Counted from the first letter of the whole stretch, positions 43,529 through 55,274 are shown. The stretch: 61,032 nt of DNA, filler included, from Sanchytrium tribonematis (GCA_018985235.1; 8 parts of 8 records of this genome joined end to end with filler, not necessarily neighbours in it); one strand, 5' to 3'. The notes: generated by a model not told the origin, from the letters alone. Numbers and translations: made by a program.

Positions 43529-44032
43529 CTAGGCTGTAGACAAATAATCATCTAAATGATCGAAAGTCATATTCCATCCTTGTTTGACATTTTCTACAGT
43601 TTTTTCAAATGCGGTGATCTCGGACTCATTAGCTTCAAAAGGTTCATAATTAAATTCCATCTTAGATCGCTCTTGCAATTGTGTGAAATAAATTGTAATC
43701 AACATTCGTTTTGGCCAAGCTGGAGCCATTGGATGAGCAACCACATTTTCATTTTCATCCGCAAAAGACTGCAAATATACTAGCTTTTCTGGTGCGGATA
43801 TTTCCCTATATTCAACTTTACCCCACATTTTTGGATTGTTACCTTTAACCATAGAATAATGAGTGGTTCCACCAGGTCGAATCTCCACTCTTTTATATTC
43901 TACCTTAGAGCCCGACGGTGCCAACCATTTAGCCATACGATCAATCTCAGTCCAACATTTGAAAAGCAAATCTCTTGGTGCAGTATATTCTCGAGTGATT
44001 TCTAACTTTGGCATCTCCTTTTTTGTCCACAT
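43529..44032 (-). CDS. SRPBCC/AHSA1-like (CalC/Aha1 C-terminal) domain protein
   Basis: LEITREYTAPRDLLFKCWT...WLAP...EIRPGG...YREISAPEKLVY...GWNMTFDHLDDYL. Confidence 0.85.
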   Translation of the reverse strand: MWTKKEMPKLEITREYTAPRDLLFKCWTEIDRMAKWLAPSGSKVEYKRVEIRPGGTTHYSMVKGNNPKMWGKVEYREISAPEKLVYLQSFADENENVVAHPMAPAWPKRMLITIYFTQLQERSKMEFNYEPFEANESEITAFEKTVENVKQGWNMTFDHLDDYLSTA

Positions 44033-44739
44033 TTTGGGTTACTTGTTTGCCATGTGTTCTCAAGACTAATCTTAAATTATCCCATATGCACCTTCCGTTA
44101 CCCCTCTTGCTGCACCCTCTATCTTCAAGAGCTGAATAAATTTAGAATACAGTTTCCAAGTAAAATAAAAATCAATCCGATTTTTAAAAAATCAAAAACT
44201 TGCCGAAGCAATTGTAGGTAATGTAATCATAAATTACGTGAATTTTGTGAATTTTTTGGTGAAAATTTTCGATATTGTTTGAAAATGAAAACACAAAGAT
44301 TCTCTATATTTTCGGTTCGTTCTTAAAATCATCATTTGCTATCGTTTATCTTTGAATTACCCTCTTTAAGTTGTCCTATGCGTCGAATACAACCTATAAA
44401 TCTCAATTATTTATTTCTAGTAATAATTTTGAGAATATCTTCATACACAAATTGGCCGAAATAATAATTTTTACACTATGTGGATGGCGAAATACTGTTG
44501 TGTTGCTTAAAGATCGTTTCGCAACTTGACATTTCAATTTCCCACAAGCAACTAATTCTATGCAAGCTCTGAGGTAAACTAAACTTCGGTTTTAAAATTT
44601 GCAAGTCTTTAATTGGTGCAAGCTGCTTTCATTTTTCTCGCTGCAGAAAAACAAATATTTAATGTAGTCTCTCCCACCGTAGACAAATACAATTCATATG
44701 ATTAAATTTCCAGATTTTGCCAATTCAAAACGCGGGATC

Positions 44740-45642
44740 ATGAAATATCTTTGGTTAGGATTTTATATAATCAGCAGTATTATATTAACATTACATTCTA
44801 AATCACTTCTGAAGAATTTCAATTATCCCTTTTTATTGACAGCCCTTCATTCAACATTCTCATATTTAGGAGTTTCGTTGCTTCATGTCCCAACTCAAAT
44901 TACCGCGAAACAATGGAAAACAATTTATTACTTTTCTGTGTTATACACCATCAACATAGCAGTAAGTAACTGGTCCTTGTCACTCACATCAGTTCATTTT
45001 CATCAAATTATTAGATCTGCAACTCCATTTATTACAGTCATTCTAAATTTGTGGTGGGGCAAATATACGCCAATCAGCAAATGTTTGTCCCTTTTACCAG
45101 TTGTGGTGGGGGTGATGCTTTCAACAAGCGGAGATATCACATATACATGGTTTGGTTGTTTATTAGTTTGGGTTGGTGTCGTTTTAAGCTCACTCAAAGG
45201 TATTATTACCAATCAAGTCATGGTAGGACCTCTCAAGTTACACCCCATGGATGCCATTCTTAAATTGTGTCCACTTGCCACTGCCCAATGTCTATTTGTG
45301 AGCTGCTTTAATGGCGAAGCATTGCATTTATTTCAGAACCCACCAAGCTGGACTTTAGTATTTATGTTGATATGCAATGCATTTATAGCTTATTTCCTCA
45401 ATGTAGCTAGTTTTACTGCCAATAAAATGAATGGTGCATTGACAATGACTGTTGGTGGAAATATAAAACAAGTTGTCACAATTATACTAAGTGTGGTGTT
45501 GTTTGATGCAATTATAACTCCATTGAATGGAATTGGGATAGTTGTTACAGTGTTTGGTGGCATTTTATACAGTTGGACCGATTATTTGACAAAAAAGTCT
45601 GATTACTTGCCTTTAAATGTGACAAAATCAGGTAAAAACTAA
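44740..45642 (+). CDS. Triose-phosphate/nucleotide-sugar transporter family protein
   Basis: Motifs FNYPFLLTALH, NIAVSNWSL, FHQIIRSATP and GALTMTVGGNIKQ; about 10 TM segments. Confidence 0.88.
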   Translation: MKYLWLGFYIISSIILTLHSKSLLKNFNYPFLLTALHSTFSYLGVSLLHVPTQITAKQWKTIYYFSVLYTINIAVSNWSLSLTSVHFHQIIRSATPFITVILNLWWGKYTPISKCLSLLPVVVGVMLSTSGDITYTWFGCLLVWVGVVLSSLKGIITNQVMVGPLKLHPMDAILKLCPLATAQCLFVSCFNGEALHLFQNPPSWTLVFMLICNAFIAYFLNVASFTANKMNGALTMTVGGNIKQVVTIILSVVLFDAIITPLNGIGIVVTVFGGILYSWTDYLTKKSDYLPLNVTKSGKN

Positions 45643-46003
45643 TAAATCCTTCTCATTCAGATTGTTTATGTCGCCTCCAAAGATCTTTTTGAGGTGATTT
45701 TACTGGCAAAAATAATTTGAAATCGAAAATCTCTATCATTATTTGAAACGCAACATCTGGTTTTTGATTCTGATCTGAGTATTCATCGCGCACCTTGATG
45801 ACTCAATAAACGACAAATTGTTGTTCATAGCCAGGTTCGTCGAATTAGTGGGGGACAATTATTGCAACATGAAATTTTATTCGTCCAGATTGACATATTC
45901 CGGAGATACCACTATAGCAGATCCAGATAATTTATATTACAACATAGTCAACGCTGCATCTGACATTAATTCGAAACACTATGACAGGCTTATGGAAACA
46001 ACT

Positions 46004-46103
46004 NNNNNNNNNNNNNNNNNNNNNNNNNNNNNNNNNNNNNNNNNNNNTTAATTAATTAANNNNNNNNNNNNNNNNNNNNNNNNNNNNNNNNNNNNNNNNN
46101 NNN
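46004..46103. other. Artificial contig linker
   Basis: N44-TTAATTAATTAA-N44. Confidence 0.98.
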
Positions 46104-46345
46104 TAGTGGGACGTATAGCTACAATGGAAGGGAATCAACTATTTGAGGCTTTATATGAAAAAGATCAAGCCCATTTGTTGAAGATGATTATTTTTGATAT
46201 GTCATGGTCTGAAGAGGAGTCAGATGATTGGGGACAATTGATGAAAGATATTCCTGACAAATTTAAAGCTAGAATTGTGAGTGCTCATAAAGATTATGAA
46301 CAACAAGTCGAGAAATATTTAGCGATTGACGTTGCAAAAGAGTAA
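46104..46345 (+). CDS. C-terminal fragment of an unknown protein
   Basis: Frame is open from the contig start to a TAA; protein-like composition. Confidence 0.4.
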
Positions 46346-46783
46346 ATGCTAATGCGCTAGTCTATTGTGGCAACATTCTGACTGCAACTCTCTCGCTACT
46401 AAATTGCAGCTAATTTTCACTTGACATGTCCCAAAATAAATCATTCTAAAACAGTCAATTGAAATCTAATTATTTTCAATAAAATTAAAAGACGGAGCAT
46501 AACATGTTATTGTCGATAATATACAATACAGCGTATTTTGTATGTGCTAATATTGGAGTAAATAATTGCACCCATTCTAATTTTTTTATCAAATTCCCTT
46601 ATATACAGCGATGTAGCAATCCTTCAAGTCCTCTCAAACTACAACTTTAGAATTATTTATGATCTTGGCACCAAGGAGTTTTAGCAGTCAGACACCCTAC
46701 AGTGGCCATTGTTCTGGATTATTATATAATATACTTTGGTTTACTAAACAAATATGCAGATGAAATTGTAATTTTTGAAACCA

Positions 46784-47915
46784 ATGGAGCAAATTCTTTC
46801 TCAGATCACGGCAGCTAATTTGGAGCAATTGCAACCAATTTTAATCAACAACTCCAAATTGTCCAACCTATCTATTCCACTTCAATCAAAAGTTATAAAA
46901 ACTGCAATTGCACATTTATTTCAATTAAATGATTCGATTGAAGCAAAATCAAAATTCATGTCTACGCTTCTTGAGCATATTCAATCCAACAATCTGCAAT
47001 ACCTTTTTTATCAGATCAATCATCAATTTATTCAATTATTGATTGACTACAAACAATACAATCAATCATTGTCCCAAATTCAGTCCATTTTGCACGACTT
47101 AAAGAAATTAGATGACAAGCCTTTATTAATTCAAATTTACATTCAGCAGTCAATTTCATACTACCATTTGAATAATATCCAAAATTCCAAAACTTCTTTG
47201 ATAAGTGCAAAAACGCTCTCCCAATCCATTTACATTCCTCCTTCTCTGCAATTGCAATTAGACAATCAATCTGGGCTTGTTCATTTGCTTAATAAAGAGT
47301 ACACCATTGCGTACAGTTACTTTTATGAAAGTGTGGAGCAGTTGCACCATTTGGGTAAAGAAAATCAACCCCAATTAAATTATTTGATTTTGTGTCAAAT
47401 TATGAGTGGAGAATACGCCATTAACAACAAATATTTACATGATGGTGCAAATGAAAAGAAGACAACAGAAAATGTCAAATCGCTCCAATGCCAAGGCTTG
47501 TTGAAAATTGCAGAAAGTTGTGTGTCCAGATCTCTTAATACTTTCAATGATGCTTTGCACCAATACAAATGTAATATTGACTAATTTAGTGACAATTGAT
47601 CCTATCTTATCTGCCCAACTAGCCATACTTTATGACAGATTATTAACTTCCAATTTGCTGAAAATAATTGAGCCATATTCAAGGGTCCAATTAAGTCATT
47701 TATCGGGTCTTCTTAATTTGCCAATGGAGCAGGTGGAACATCAATTGAGTCAAATGATATTAGATGGAGTTCTTAAAGGCATTTTGGACCAACAAACTGG
47801 GGTTTTAGTTGTATTTAACGAAGAAGAATTAGAATATACGAGCAGCATGGATCACTTGAAGAAAATGGAGGTTGTGGTTGACTCATTATTTGAAAAATTG
47901 GGACAAGTTGCGTAA
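46784..47915 (+). CDS. RPN6: 26S proteasome lid subunit RPN6 (19-nt intron at 47571-47589)
   Basis: Motifs LKKLDDK, SIYIPP, AYSYFYES, IIEPYSRVQ and LSQMILD...GILDQ. Splicing joins ORFs 46775-47584 and 47508-47915. Confidence 0.92.
47571..47589 (+). other. 19-nt intron GTAATATTGACTAATTTAG in RPN6
   Basis: GT-AG, phase 1 on both sides; contains CTAAT with its last A 6 nt from the 3' end. Confidence 0.88.
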
Positions 47916-47979
47916 GATAATAAATATCATTACATACGTGTAAATGTCAATGTTAGTGAATCTACTTCCTGTAATCGAC

Positions 47980-48528
47980 TTAAATCATACTAATGGTAAA
48001 TGCTTTGTTCAGAAAGATTCTTTCTTGGTCAGTCAGCATATGTGGATTAACAGGATTTTGATTCCAAGGTACTTCCGGCCCATCGGACATGGGCCAATGC
48101 TCGACATCAGCGCCATTACGGTTTATTCTGCGGAATTTCCAAATAAGTCTATCCAATTTTGACCGTATCCAAAGACTCAGACTTTGAATTTTATTTAAAA
48201 AAAATTCTAGTAACTTTTTCTTGACGGAAATGAGTTTAAGCTCCTCAAGGTCTGAAGGCATAGTCTGCGCGTTGCTATTCGTATTTGAATAAGCTATGGC
48301 ACTGGTAAATTCCACCTCTTCCTTCTTGCCCAAAATCCGTAATTTTCTTAGCAAATTAAGGCTGCATCGTTTCCCTGCTTTGGTTATGTTAGAAAGACCT
48401 TTAAACTCAGAGCTAGCAACTCGAGTCTCATCTAAGTCACTTTTATTTGCATTGCTATCAGCTTTTGCTGCGTTTGTATTGGTGGAGTCATTTTCTGATG
48501 TTTTTCTTAAAATGCGAGAAAATTTCAT
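47980..48528 (-). CDS. Hypothetical protein
   Basis: 182-aa ATG ORF, convergent with RPN6. Confidence 0.45.
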   Translation of the reverse strand: MKFSRILRKTSENDSTNTNAAKADSNANKSDLDETRVASSEFKGLSNITKAGKRCSLNLLRKLRILGKKEEVEFTSAIAYSNTNSNAQTMPSDLEELKLISVKKKLLEFFLNKIQSLSLWIRSKLDRLIWKFRRINRNGADVEHWPMSDGPEVPWNQNPVNPHMLTDQERIFLNKAFTISMI

Positions 48529-48796
48529 GTTGACCTTTTACAAAAATGGCGAGACGAATCACAATAAATTGAAACAAGACTTGCACCTCTACATGGTTGT
48601 ATCAAAAGAGAAATAAATCATTCAAAGAGAATGCTGCGCGATTTTACAAATTTTATTTTAAGGAAGAAAAATTTAATCCATAAAGAAACAATAATTATTT
48701 AAAAGCTATTTTACACATCAGGCTATAATTATTTTTACGGAAATAATTGAGCCAAGCTTTGCGGTTTCAAGCAGTGAAACATTTCCTTGAATTTAA

Positions 48797-49876
48797 ATGA
48801 AATTTTTAAATAAATTTAAAAAGAAGGATGTACCTCATATAAAATACCCTATACATGCAATTAAAAAGAGCCCCACGAATGCTCCGATATATTATCAAGA
48901 AGGTGATCAATTCATGGTTTTGGATGATAAAAAAGAAAAATACAAAGTTTATGATCCAAAATCAAAACAGATTCTAGAAGTTGACAAGGAACATTTTACG
49001 CTTAACATTAGACAGCAAACTCACCCAAAATTTGGCGTCTGTTTATTTGAATTCGAAGGACACGAGGCCGATGAATTAAGCATGAAAGAAGATGAGCAAT
49101 TCATTCTGATGAGTAAAGTCAACGACGAGTGGTATTATGGAAAAGCAATTAATAGAGTAGCCAGTGGTATTATTCCCGTAAGTTTTGTGGAGGTTAGAGA
49201 CGCTAAAACTGGAAAATTAATTCCAAAAGATGAGCTTGATGATTTACCTAATATGGAAGATTACATGCAATTTAGCCAACGTTTGAAAGAAAAATCCATA
49301 CCCCTATTTGGGCTTCGTTCCCCTTACTTAAATATACCCGAAAAGCCTTTAATGAGGAGGCAATTAAGTGACGGGTTGATAAAACGTGGCAAACCAACTG
49401 TTAACAAAATGGTTCGCCAGTCCTCTGACAGCGAATACAATGATAAAGATGACACCATTAGCATTACTGAAGATGAAGAACTTGATCGTGGTAGAATAAT
49501 TAATTTAAACTGCGTAAGTTCTATTATTACACCTGATCTCAAAACTGCCTTCACTCTGTTTTGCACACGTGAATCCGGTGCATATACACTTTATAGAACA
49601 CAGGCAGAAATCATTGCGCTGCATGAAGCTTTGAAAAAATCAGAGCAAACAACCATGTTACCAGATATACCCAAGACTATCAATTTTTGGACAAAAGAAG
49701 CGGTGGAAAAACGAATAATAGAGTTTGATGATTATTTTAGAGCAATAGTGAATCTTCCGGTTGTTGACAGTCAAAATTTGAAATCCTTTTTAAATCCCAA
49801 AGCGAATGATAAATTGGGTGGACTGTATAGAGATCCTTCAGACATTGAATTATCACGCCGAAGATCTAGCATGTGA
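48797..49876 (+). CDS. Bem1/Scd2-like scaffold (SH3, SH3, PX; no PB1 visible)
   Basis: SH3 motif FEFEGHEADELSM...NDEWY...GIIPVSFVEVRD followed by a PX-like LYRT...LHEAL...LPDIP region. Confidence 0.75.
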   Translation: MKFLNKFKKKDVPHIKYPIHAIKKSPTNAPIYYQEGDQFMVLDDKKEKYKVYDPKSKQILEVDKEHFTLNIRQQTHPKFGVCLFEFEGHEADELSMKEDEQFILMSKVNDEWYYGKAINRVASGIIPVSFVEVRDAKTGKLIPKDELDDLPNMEDYMQFSQRLKEKSIPLFGLRSPYLNIPEKPLMRRQLSDGLIKRGKPTVNKMVRQSSDSEYNDKDDTISITEDEELDRGRIINLNCVSSIITPDLKTAFTLFCTRESGAYTLYRTQAEIIALHEALKKSEQTTMLPDIPKTINFWTKEAVEKRIIEFDDYFRAIVNLPVVDSQNLKSFLNPKANDKLGGLYRDPSDIELSRRRSSM

Positions 49877-49912
49877 TCGCAAATTAAATATGTCTATTAA
49901 ATAAATCTTTGT

Positions 49913-50392
49913 TTATTTTCTTGATTTGAATTGGCTTTCTGGACTTTGCCATCCGTAAGATGACGTGGAACTTCTGGGACTGATCATCGGACTCATTGGC
50001 TCCCCCATTGGCTTAAATACAGCCGTTATCATGCGATCTAAAATTGAATCTAAGCATTTAGTATTTAGGTGGACGGAATAATTCATTCTATAAAGAATTT
50101 GATTTTCACACTTAATGATGGATCTCTTTGGAACTGTTGTTAATTTGGTCCAGTTTCCAATGGAAATGTACGAATCGTGAAAGATTCTATATCCCAGATA
50201 TAGCGCTGAACAGAACTTGATAAAGGTATGTTTGTATTTGTTTAGACAATTTTCAAAGTAGTAAATGGAATTCAGAATGCAAAACATTGGAATTCGTAAT
50301 CTCTTGATTGTATTAAGAATAACATTCAATTCGGTCTCTGTAAATGCTTTTTGAGATACTAAATAATTCACCAATGCCAGTTTGAATTTCAT
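49913..50392 (-). CDS. Divergent cyclin-box protein (PCL-like)
   Basis: SALYLGYRIFHDSY...W...IIKCENQILYRMNYSVH. Confidence 0.65.
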   Translation of the reverse strand: MKFKLALVNYLVSQKAFTETELNVILNTIKRLRIPMFCILNSIYYFENCLNKYKHTFIKFCSALYLGYRIFHDSYISIGNWTKLTTVPKRSIIKCENQILYRMNYSVHLNTKCLDSILDRMITAVFKPMGEPMSPMISPRSSTSSYGWQSPESQFKSRK

Positions 50393-51021
50393 GTAAATCT
50401 GCGGTCGACTTTTCTTTTAATACTTGTAGTTATATTACATAGACAACTGTGTCATTCGCATTTGTTTGCACATTTATTTGAAGCCAATCATTGTATATTT
50501 GCAGATGCTTCTCAGGTCAATAATTTTTCAGCAAGTTCTTGGATTCGATATGCAAACAATTCCTGCATCGGACTGCAAAACCCGAACAACTCAGATCGCA
50601 CATGTTGGCTAGTAACAACTGGTAAATAAAATCTACTTATACAAATCAATCAACTTGACAATTTTAGGGTACTTAAAGTGGATTTTGAGAAATTAAATTA
50701 ATATGACTAGTCGAGACATCAATATTACTTAATTTCAAAATATTACGACGGCAATTTGGATCATAAAATATTCTCCTTTTGTTGCATAGAGGATACAATT
50801 AATACTAATTGATGTGTCTATACTACAATTTGGCTTTATTTACACTGTGAGAGCTAATCTAGGATCGCTTGAACTGTTTAAAGCTTATAATGGGACAGAA
50901 TTAGTTTATTTTAAATATTATTGATCATTAGATTGATAATCAGTATAAAATTTACAAATATCATCCCATTTAGTCTTGAACAACTCAAACTCTACAGAGT
51001 GATCGCTTTCTTCAATATGTT

Positions 51022-51121
51022 NNNNNNNNNNNNNNNNNNNNNNNNNNNNNNNNNNNNNNNNNNNNTTAATTAATTAANNNNNNNNNNNNNNNNNNNNNNN
51101 NNNNNNNNNNNNNNNNNNNNN
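51022..51121. other. Artificial contig linker
   Basis: N44-TTAATTAATTAA-N44. Confidence 0.98.
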
Positions 51122-54100
51122 AAAAAAAAAAAAAAAAAAAAAAAAATACATTGGTAGAGATGTTGAGGTGTTGAGGGTTCTCTGCAGTATAAACAATGAG
51201 GTAATTGTGTACATACATTTTGGATTGGAATAAATAATTTCAATAGAAATCGCATTTGGGGATTTAATTTTGATTTGGGTTTTTGTTGGGAAAAGTAAAT
51301 GGGGATGAAACCAGGGCTATTGAAATGTAATTGATACTTTTGAATGGATTTGGTGTGTAGATATCTTATTTGATCTTTCATCAGTGGGTATCCCGTGATG
51401 CCATGAACAAATGCAGTACTCACCCATGGAGGTAAATCAAGCGCGATTTTGAGTGAAGACGCAAACATGGTTTTGATTGTTTTGAGGCGCAAATTATAAT
51501 GTGGGATGCTTTCGTGATAGAATTCTAGACCGTATAGTATTGTGGGGCGGATCCATGTATTGAAGATTAACAATTTTAGGTCAATATTTAGGCCGCCTCT
51601 AAAATATCCAATAAGTCGCAGCAACACAAGTAAGTTATTAAGTACACTTTTTCGCTGTATTAAAGTATTGATATAGTCAATTCCACTACTGGAAATCATA
51701 ATCCCAAGGTATTTTGCAGAATTACATGTTGGTATCTCTTCTGGTTTATTATTTAGTTGCCGCAAAGGATGGCAAATTATTTTACTTTTGTGGGGATTTA
51801 AGCGTAACCCAGCTGGGGCGAGGGCAATGTTTACGAGGGCCATGATTCGGGATAAATTTGTATTTGGTGATAAAGGGAGAATAAGATCATCAGCATAAAG
51901 AATGTATTGAATGTATGGTGGTAATTTGGATAAGGCATGTCGTAGCACGTACGTGAAGAGAATAGGGCTGAGTGGTGAGCCTTGACCAATCCCGTTTTGA
52001 GTAAATTGCCAATCAGATAACTGATCGAGTATTTTTAATTTGAACTGATTATTTATAAGGTGATAAATAACAGAAGTAAGAGTGGAATCTTGAAATTCAT
52101 AAGCAAGAGTTTCTAGCAGAAAGTGGCGGTCAATTGAGTCAAAAGCCCTCTCGACATCAGCCATAAATAATACGGCAGTAGAGCATTTACAGTTGGATTT
52201 GATTGTGGATACAAGGTGTTGTAGTCGTATAATGGCATCTGATGTGCTAGTATGCTTTTTGTATGCATATTGATGAAGATCAGGGGGATTCAAAAGTTTA
52301 TCGATGCTGGGTAGTATGGATCTCTCAAATAGCATTCTTAATATTGTATATATTGAAATGGGTCTGTATGAGTCAATACTTGCTGGATCTAGTCCTATTC
52401 CTTTGTAAATTGGTAAAATAACACATTCTTTAAATTGGTGTGGTATTTTTTGTGACTTCAGGAGTATAATGAAGTACGAGTGTATCAATCTATGGAAGAG
52501 TCTGCCGCAATGAATAATGGCTTCATTGGCAATTTGATAGTGGTCAGTTGATTTGTGCTTTGGCAAGTGTGAAATCATGGCTGTGAATTCTGTGAAAGGT
52601 ATCACTTTGATGTTGGCATCTCTAGTTTCGCATCGGCTCAGATAATATCGAAGTGGTCTAGGTGCTTCATGCTTTGTGAAACGAAGATTTAGCTGCGTTG
52701 CGTGTGAGTTGATGTCATTTGTTTGCAGGTTTGTAGCAAACTTACGCATTCTTTTCACTTTGTTTGAGAGGAGATGGGTTATTAATGGGGTTTGGAGTTC
52801 CAGCAGCTGGGTTGCATATAGAACCGCTTTTTCATGCTTCATTTTATCACGATAAAGGGAGTATTCGTCTAGTGGACTAGAGAACGATGAATTTGAAAGA
52901 CCTTGAAGAAAATCGGAGATGGTGCTCATTGACGGAAAAGACTCAGATCTTGGGGCCGCGCGCATTCCTATGGATTGGTTGAGGGCTTGATTTAATACGC
53001 CAATTATCCGAGAGTGAAGTGAGTCAATAATTGATTGGTTAAAGTTGATGTTTGTCTCTGATGCTGAAAATTCTAATTGTTGAAGTATAAGTATTGCTGA
53101 TAGATTTATCTCTAACGCAGTTTGAAAGAGTTGTTTGTAGTTTATATTGTTGTTTAGATGATCATAATCCTTCGATAATAAATGGAACCTGTAATTTGGT
53201 TCTTTAAAGAAAAGAATCTCCTCCCTAGGTAATTGAATTTTGTTTACCAATGGCAGATGATCACTTAATTCCTGATTCAATATATGTAATGTGTCTATGT
53301 CAGTGACAGTCTGGTAATCTAGTGAAATAAATAGAATGACTTCAGTCTCAGAGCCTGTTGTTGAGGGAGGCGCGTTGGTGATTGTATGGTCTATATCAGA
53401 AGACGCTAGTCCTTGACGTCGAGTAAACTCTATTCCAGACTTCCTAATGACATAAAATGAGTTGTAAATTAAAAAATGTCCCAGAATATGTTGTGGGTTG
53501 CTTAGCTCCTGCAATGTAGCATTAAAATCACCAGATGTGTAGAAATGACTAAATATTTGTGACAGGTATAAGATTTTTGATAAAAATGATTGCAAATCCT
53601 CATTATTTGATAGTAAAGAGGGGGCAAAGTACAAGCCACTGATACAAACGTTGCGGGACAATTGAATAGCTTGAAAATGCAAACTGGATTCTAAAACAGT
53701 GCATTGCGCTCGTTTGAAAGGGTGCTTTATCAATATCGACCCTCCCACATTTCCTGATGTCATGGGGCAACTTGAAATAATTGTGTGATTGTTTTTAAAT
53801 AATGAGTCAGTTTGTGCGTTGTGTCTAGTGTCAAGTGCGAAAAGATAGGAAAGACCGCTATTGAGAATTAATTCGTTTAGCAATCCCTGTTTTTTCTCAA
53901 AATTCCCAAAAAGATTTATAACACCCCATTTGATTGTATTCGTTTCAAAAGAAGAAGTTGTTGATTGGTTGGCAAGGGGAATGAGGGGATCTGTATTGTC
54001 ATCCGAGTTGTTTGCATCAACAGAAAGGTCCCAAATGTCGTCAAGAATGGATTCGGATGAAAGTGTAGGGTTTTGGATGTCAAGATCTGATGTATCCGTG
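51122..54100 (-). mobile_element. Non-LTR retrotransposon (LINE) ORF2: APE endonuclease, reverse transcriptase and CCHC knuckle; 5'-truncated
   Basis: APE motifs WGVINLFG, SGDFNA, IDH and SDH. RT motifs YRPISI, DVERAFDS, GIGQGSPLSP, YADD and KYLG. C-terminal CLYCREPSTPQHLYQC. The frame stays open upstream of 53883 to ~54123 without an ATG; the 5' junction is approximate. Confidence 0.93.
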
Positions 54101-55274
54101 TAATAAATGATATTTGACTTGAGTCAATATTCAGTAACTTATTTGGCTCTAAAGTAAACATTTTGGTAGTTTGAAATTGCCCAATGACTTTGTTAACGTG
54201 ATTTCCAGATATTTCAAATAATGTTACAGTAGCTGGAAGCAAAGATACATCTAAAGTACCATATAGACTCATTTCAGCCAAACAAACGCCAACGACGTGA
54301 TTCCCGGAACAAGTAAAATATCTAAACTCGCAACAATTTGCTTTCAGTAAATCAAATTCAACAGGCGATGTAGTTGGCATATGTAATAATTCGGCCATTT
54401 TGACAATTTGGGCACAATCTTCTGGCGCTGTTTTAGTTTGACTGATGTAACAATCAGAAGAAGTTATATTCGCTACACTCTACATGTTCAAATTCAAATG
54501 ATTTACAATAGTACACCCAAGGGGTATAGTCCAGGCATATATATTTGCGAAATTAGTGTATCGTAGAAAAACGCTTTGAACATTTTTCAAAATCAAATCA
54601 CCACCAAGGTTTGTTTCTCTGATTTCAAGATAGCTCAGATTATCTGGTAATTCTGGAAACACGCTCGTAAAGTAACAACCAACCAAAGTAAGCCTATTTA
54701 GAGCTACAGGCCAATCAGGTATTTTGATGTCACTTTTTGTAAATCTATTCCTCCACATTTTCAGATCTTTTACCGAAGTAGGTAGCTTTGGAAATTCTAC
54801 CATAACAGATGATTCTATATCTACTGTAGAAAGACTGTCCCCCCAAATCGCGTCTTGAATGCAGTTTACAAAATCCAAATATGCATATGTCAATTTTTGA
54901 GGCATTACACTCACATTCAACGTGATATAAGATGTAACTAATCTCAAATATGTCATATTCACTGGCAATTCATTGATGGTGCCCCCAAAAAACTGGCCCA
55001 TATCCAAAACTTCAAGACTCGAAGGAAATGAGTAAATGGTCGTGTTTGGCTCCTTAATTGAGGGCTCTGGAGAATAATACCCGGTAGAATTTGTCCATCG
55101 CATCTGTGTAACACGTCCATCTTGACAAACTATTCCAGAATCCAAACAGCAGTCTTTCTCCAATTGCTGGTAGGTTGTTGGGAACTTCTGCTTAAAATGC
55201 ATCTGCGTAGCTAGTTTTAAGACTATTGGACAGTCTATTGATACTGAGAAATTGAGCAGCAGCGTCAGTAGCAT
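54101..55274 (-). pseudogene. Secreted/surface leucine-rich-repeat gene interrupted by the LINE (probable 27-nt intron at 54480-54506)
   Basis: Signal peptide, two Cys-capped modules (DC...CC...C...V) and LPxxLxxL repeats. ORFs 54480-55334 and 53916-54398 share a frame; the sequence turns into LINE near 54100. Confidence 0.65.

Noticed and set aside
45818..46003. TTG-started ORF running into the linker
   Set aside because: It is short, truncated, lacks an ATG at the called start and has no recognisable motif, so it is not supportable as a feature.
50400..51021. Long ORF-free region as an RNA gene
   Set aside because: No tRNA, rRNA or snRNA signature was recognisable; it is probably promoter or decayed sequence at a contig end.
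51122..54100. Reverse transcriptase as a retron, group II intron, DGR or telomerase
   Set aside because: The N-terminal APE endonuclease and C-terminal CCHC knuckle identify a non-LTR retrotransposon.
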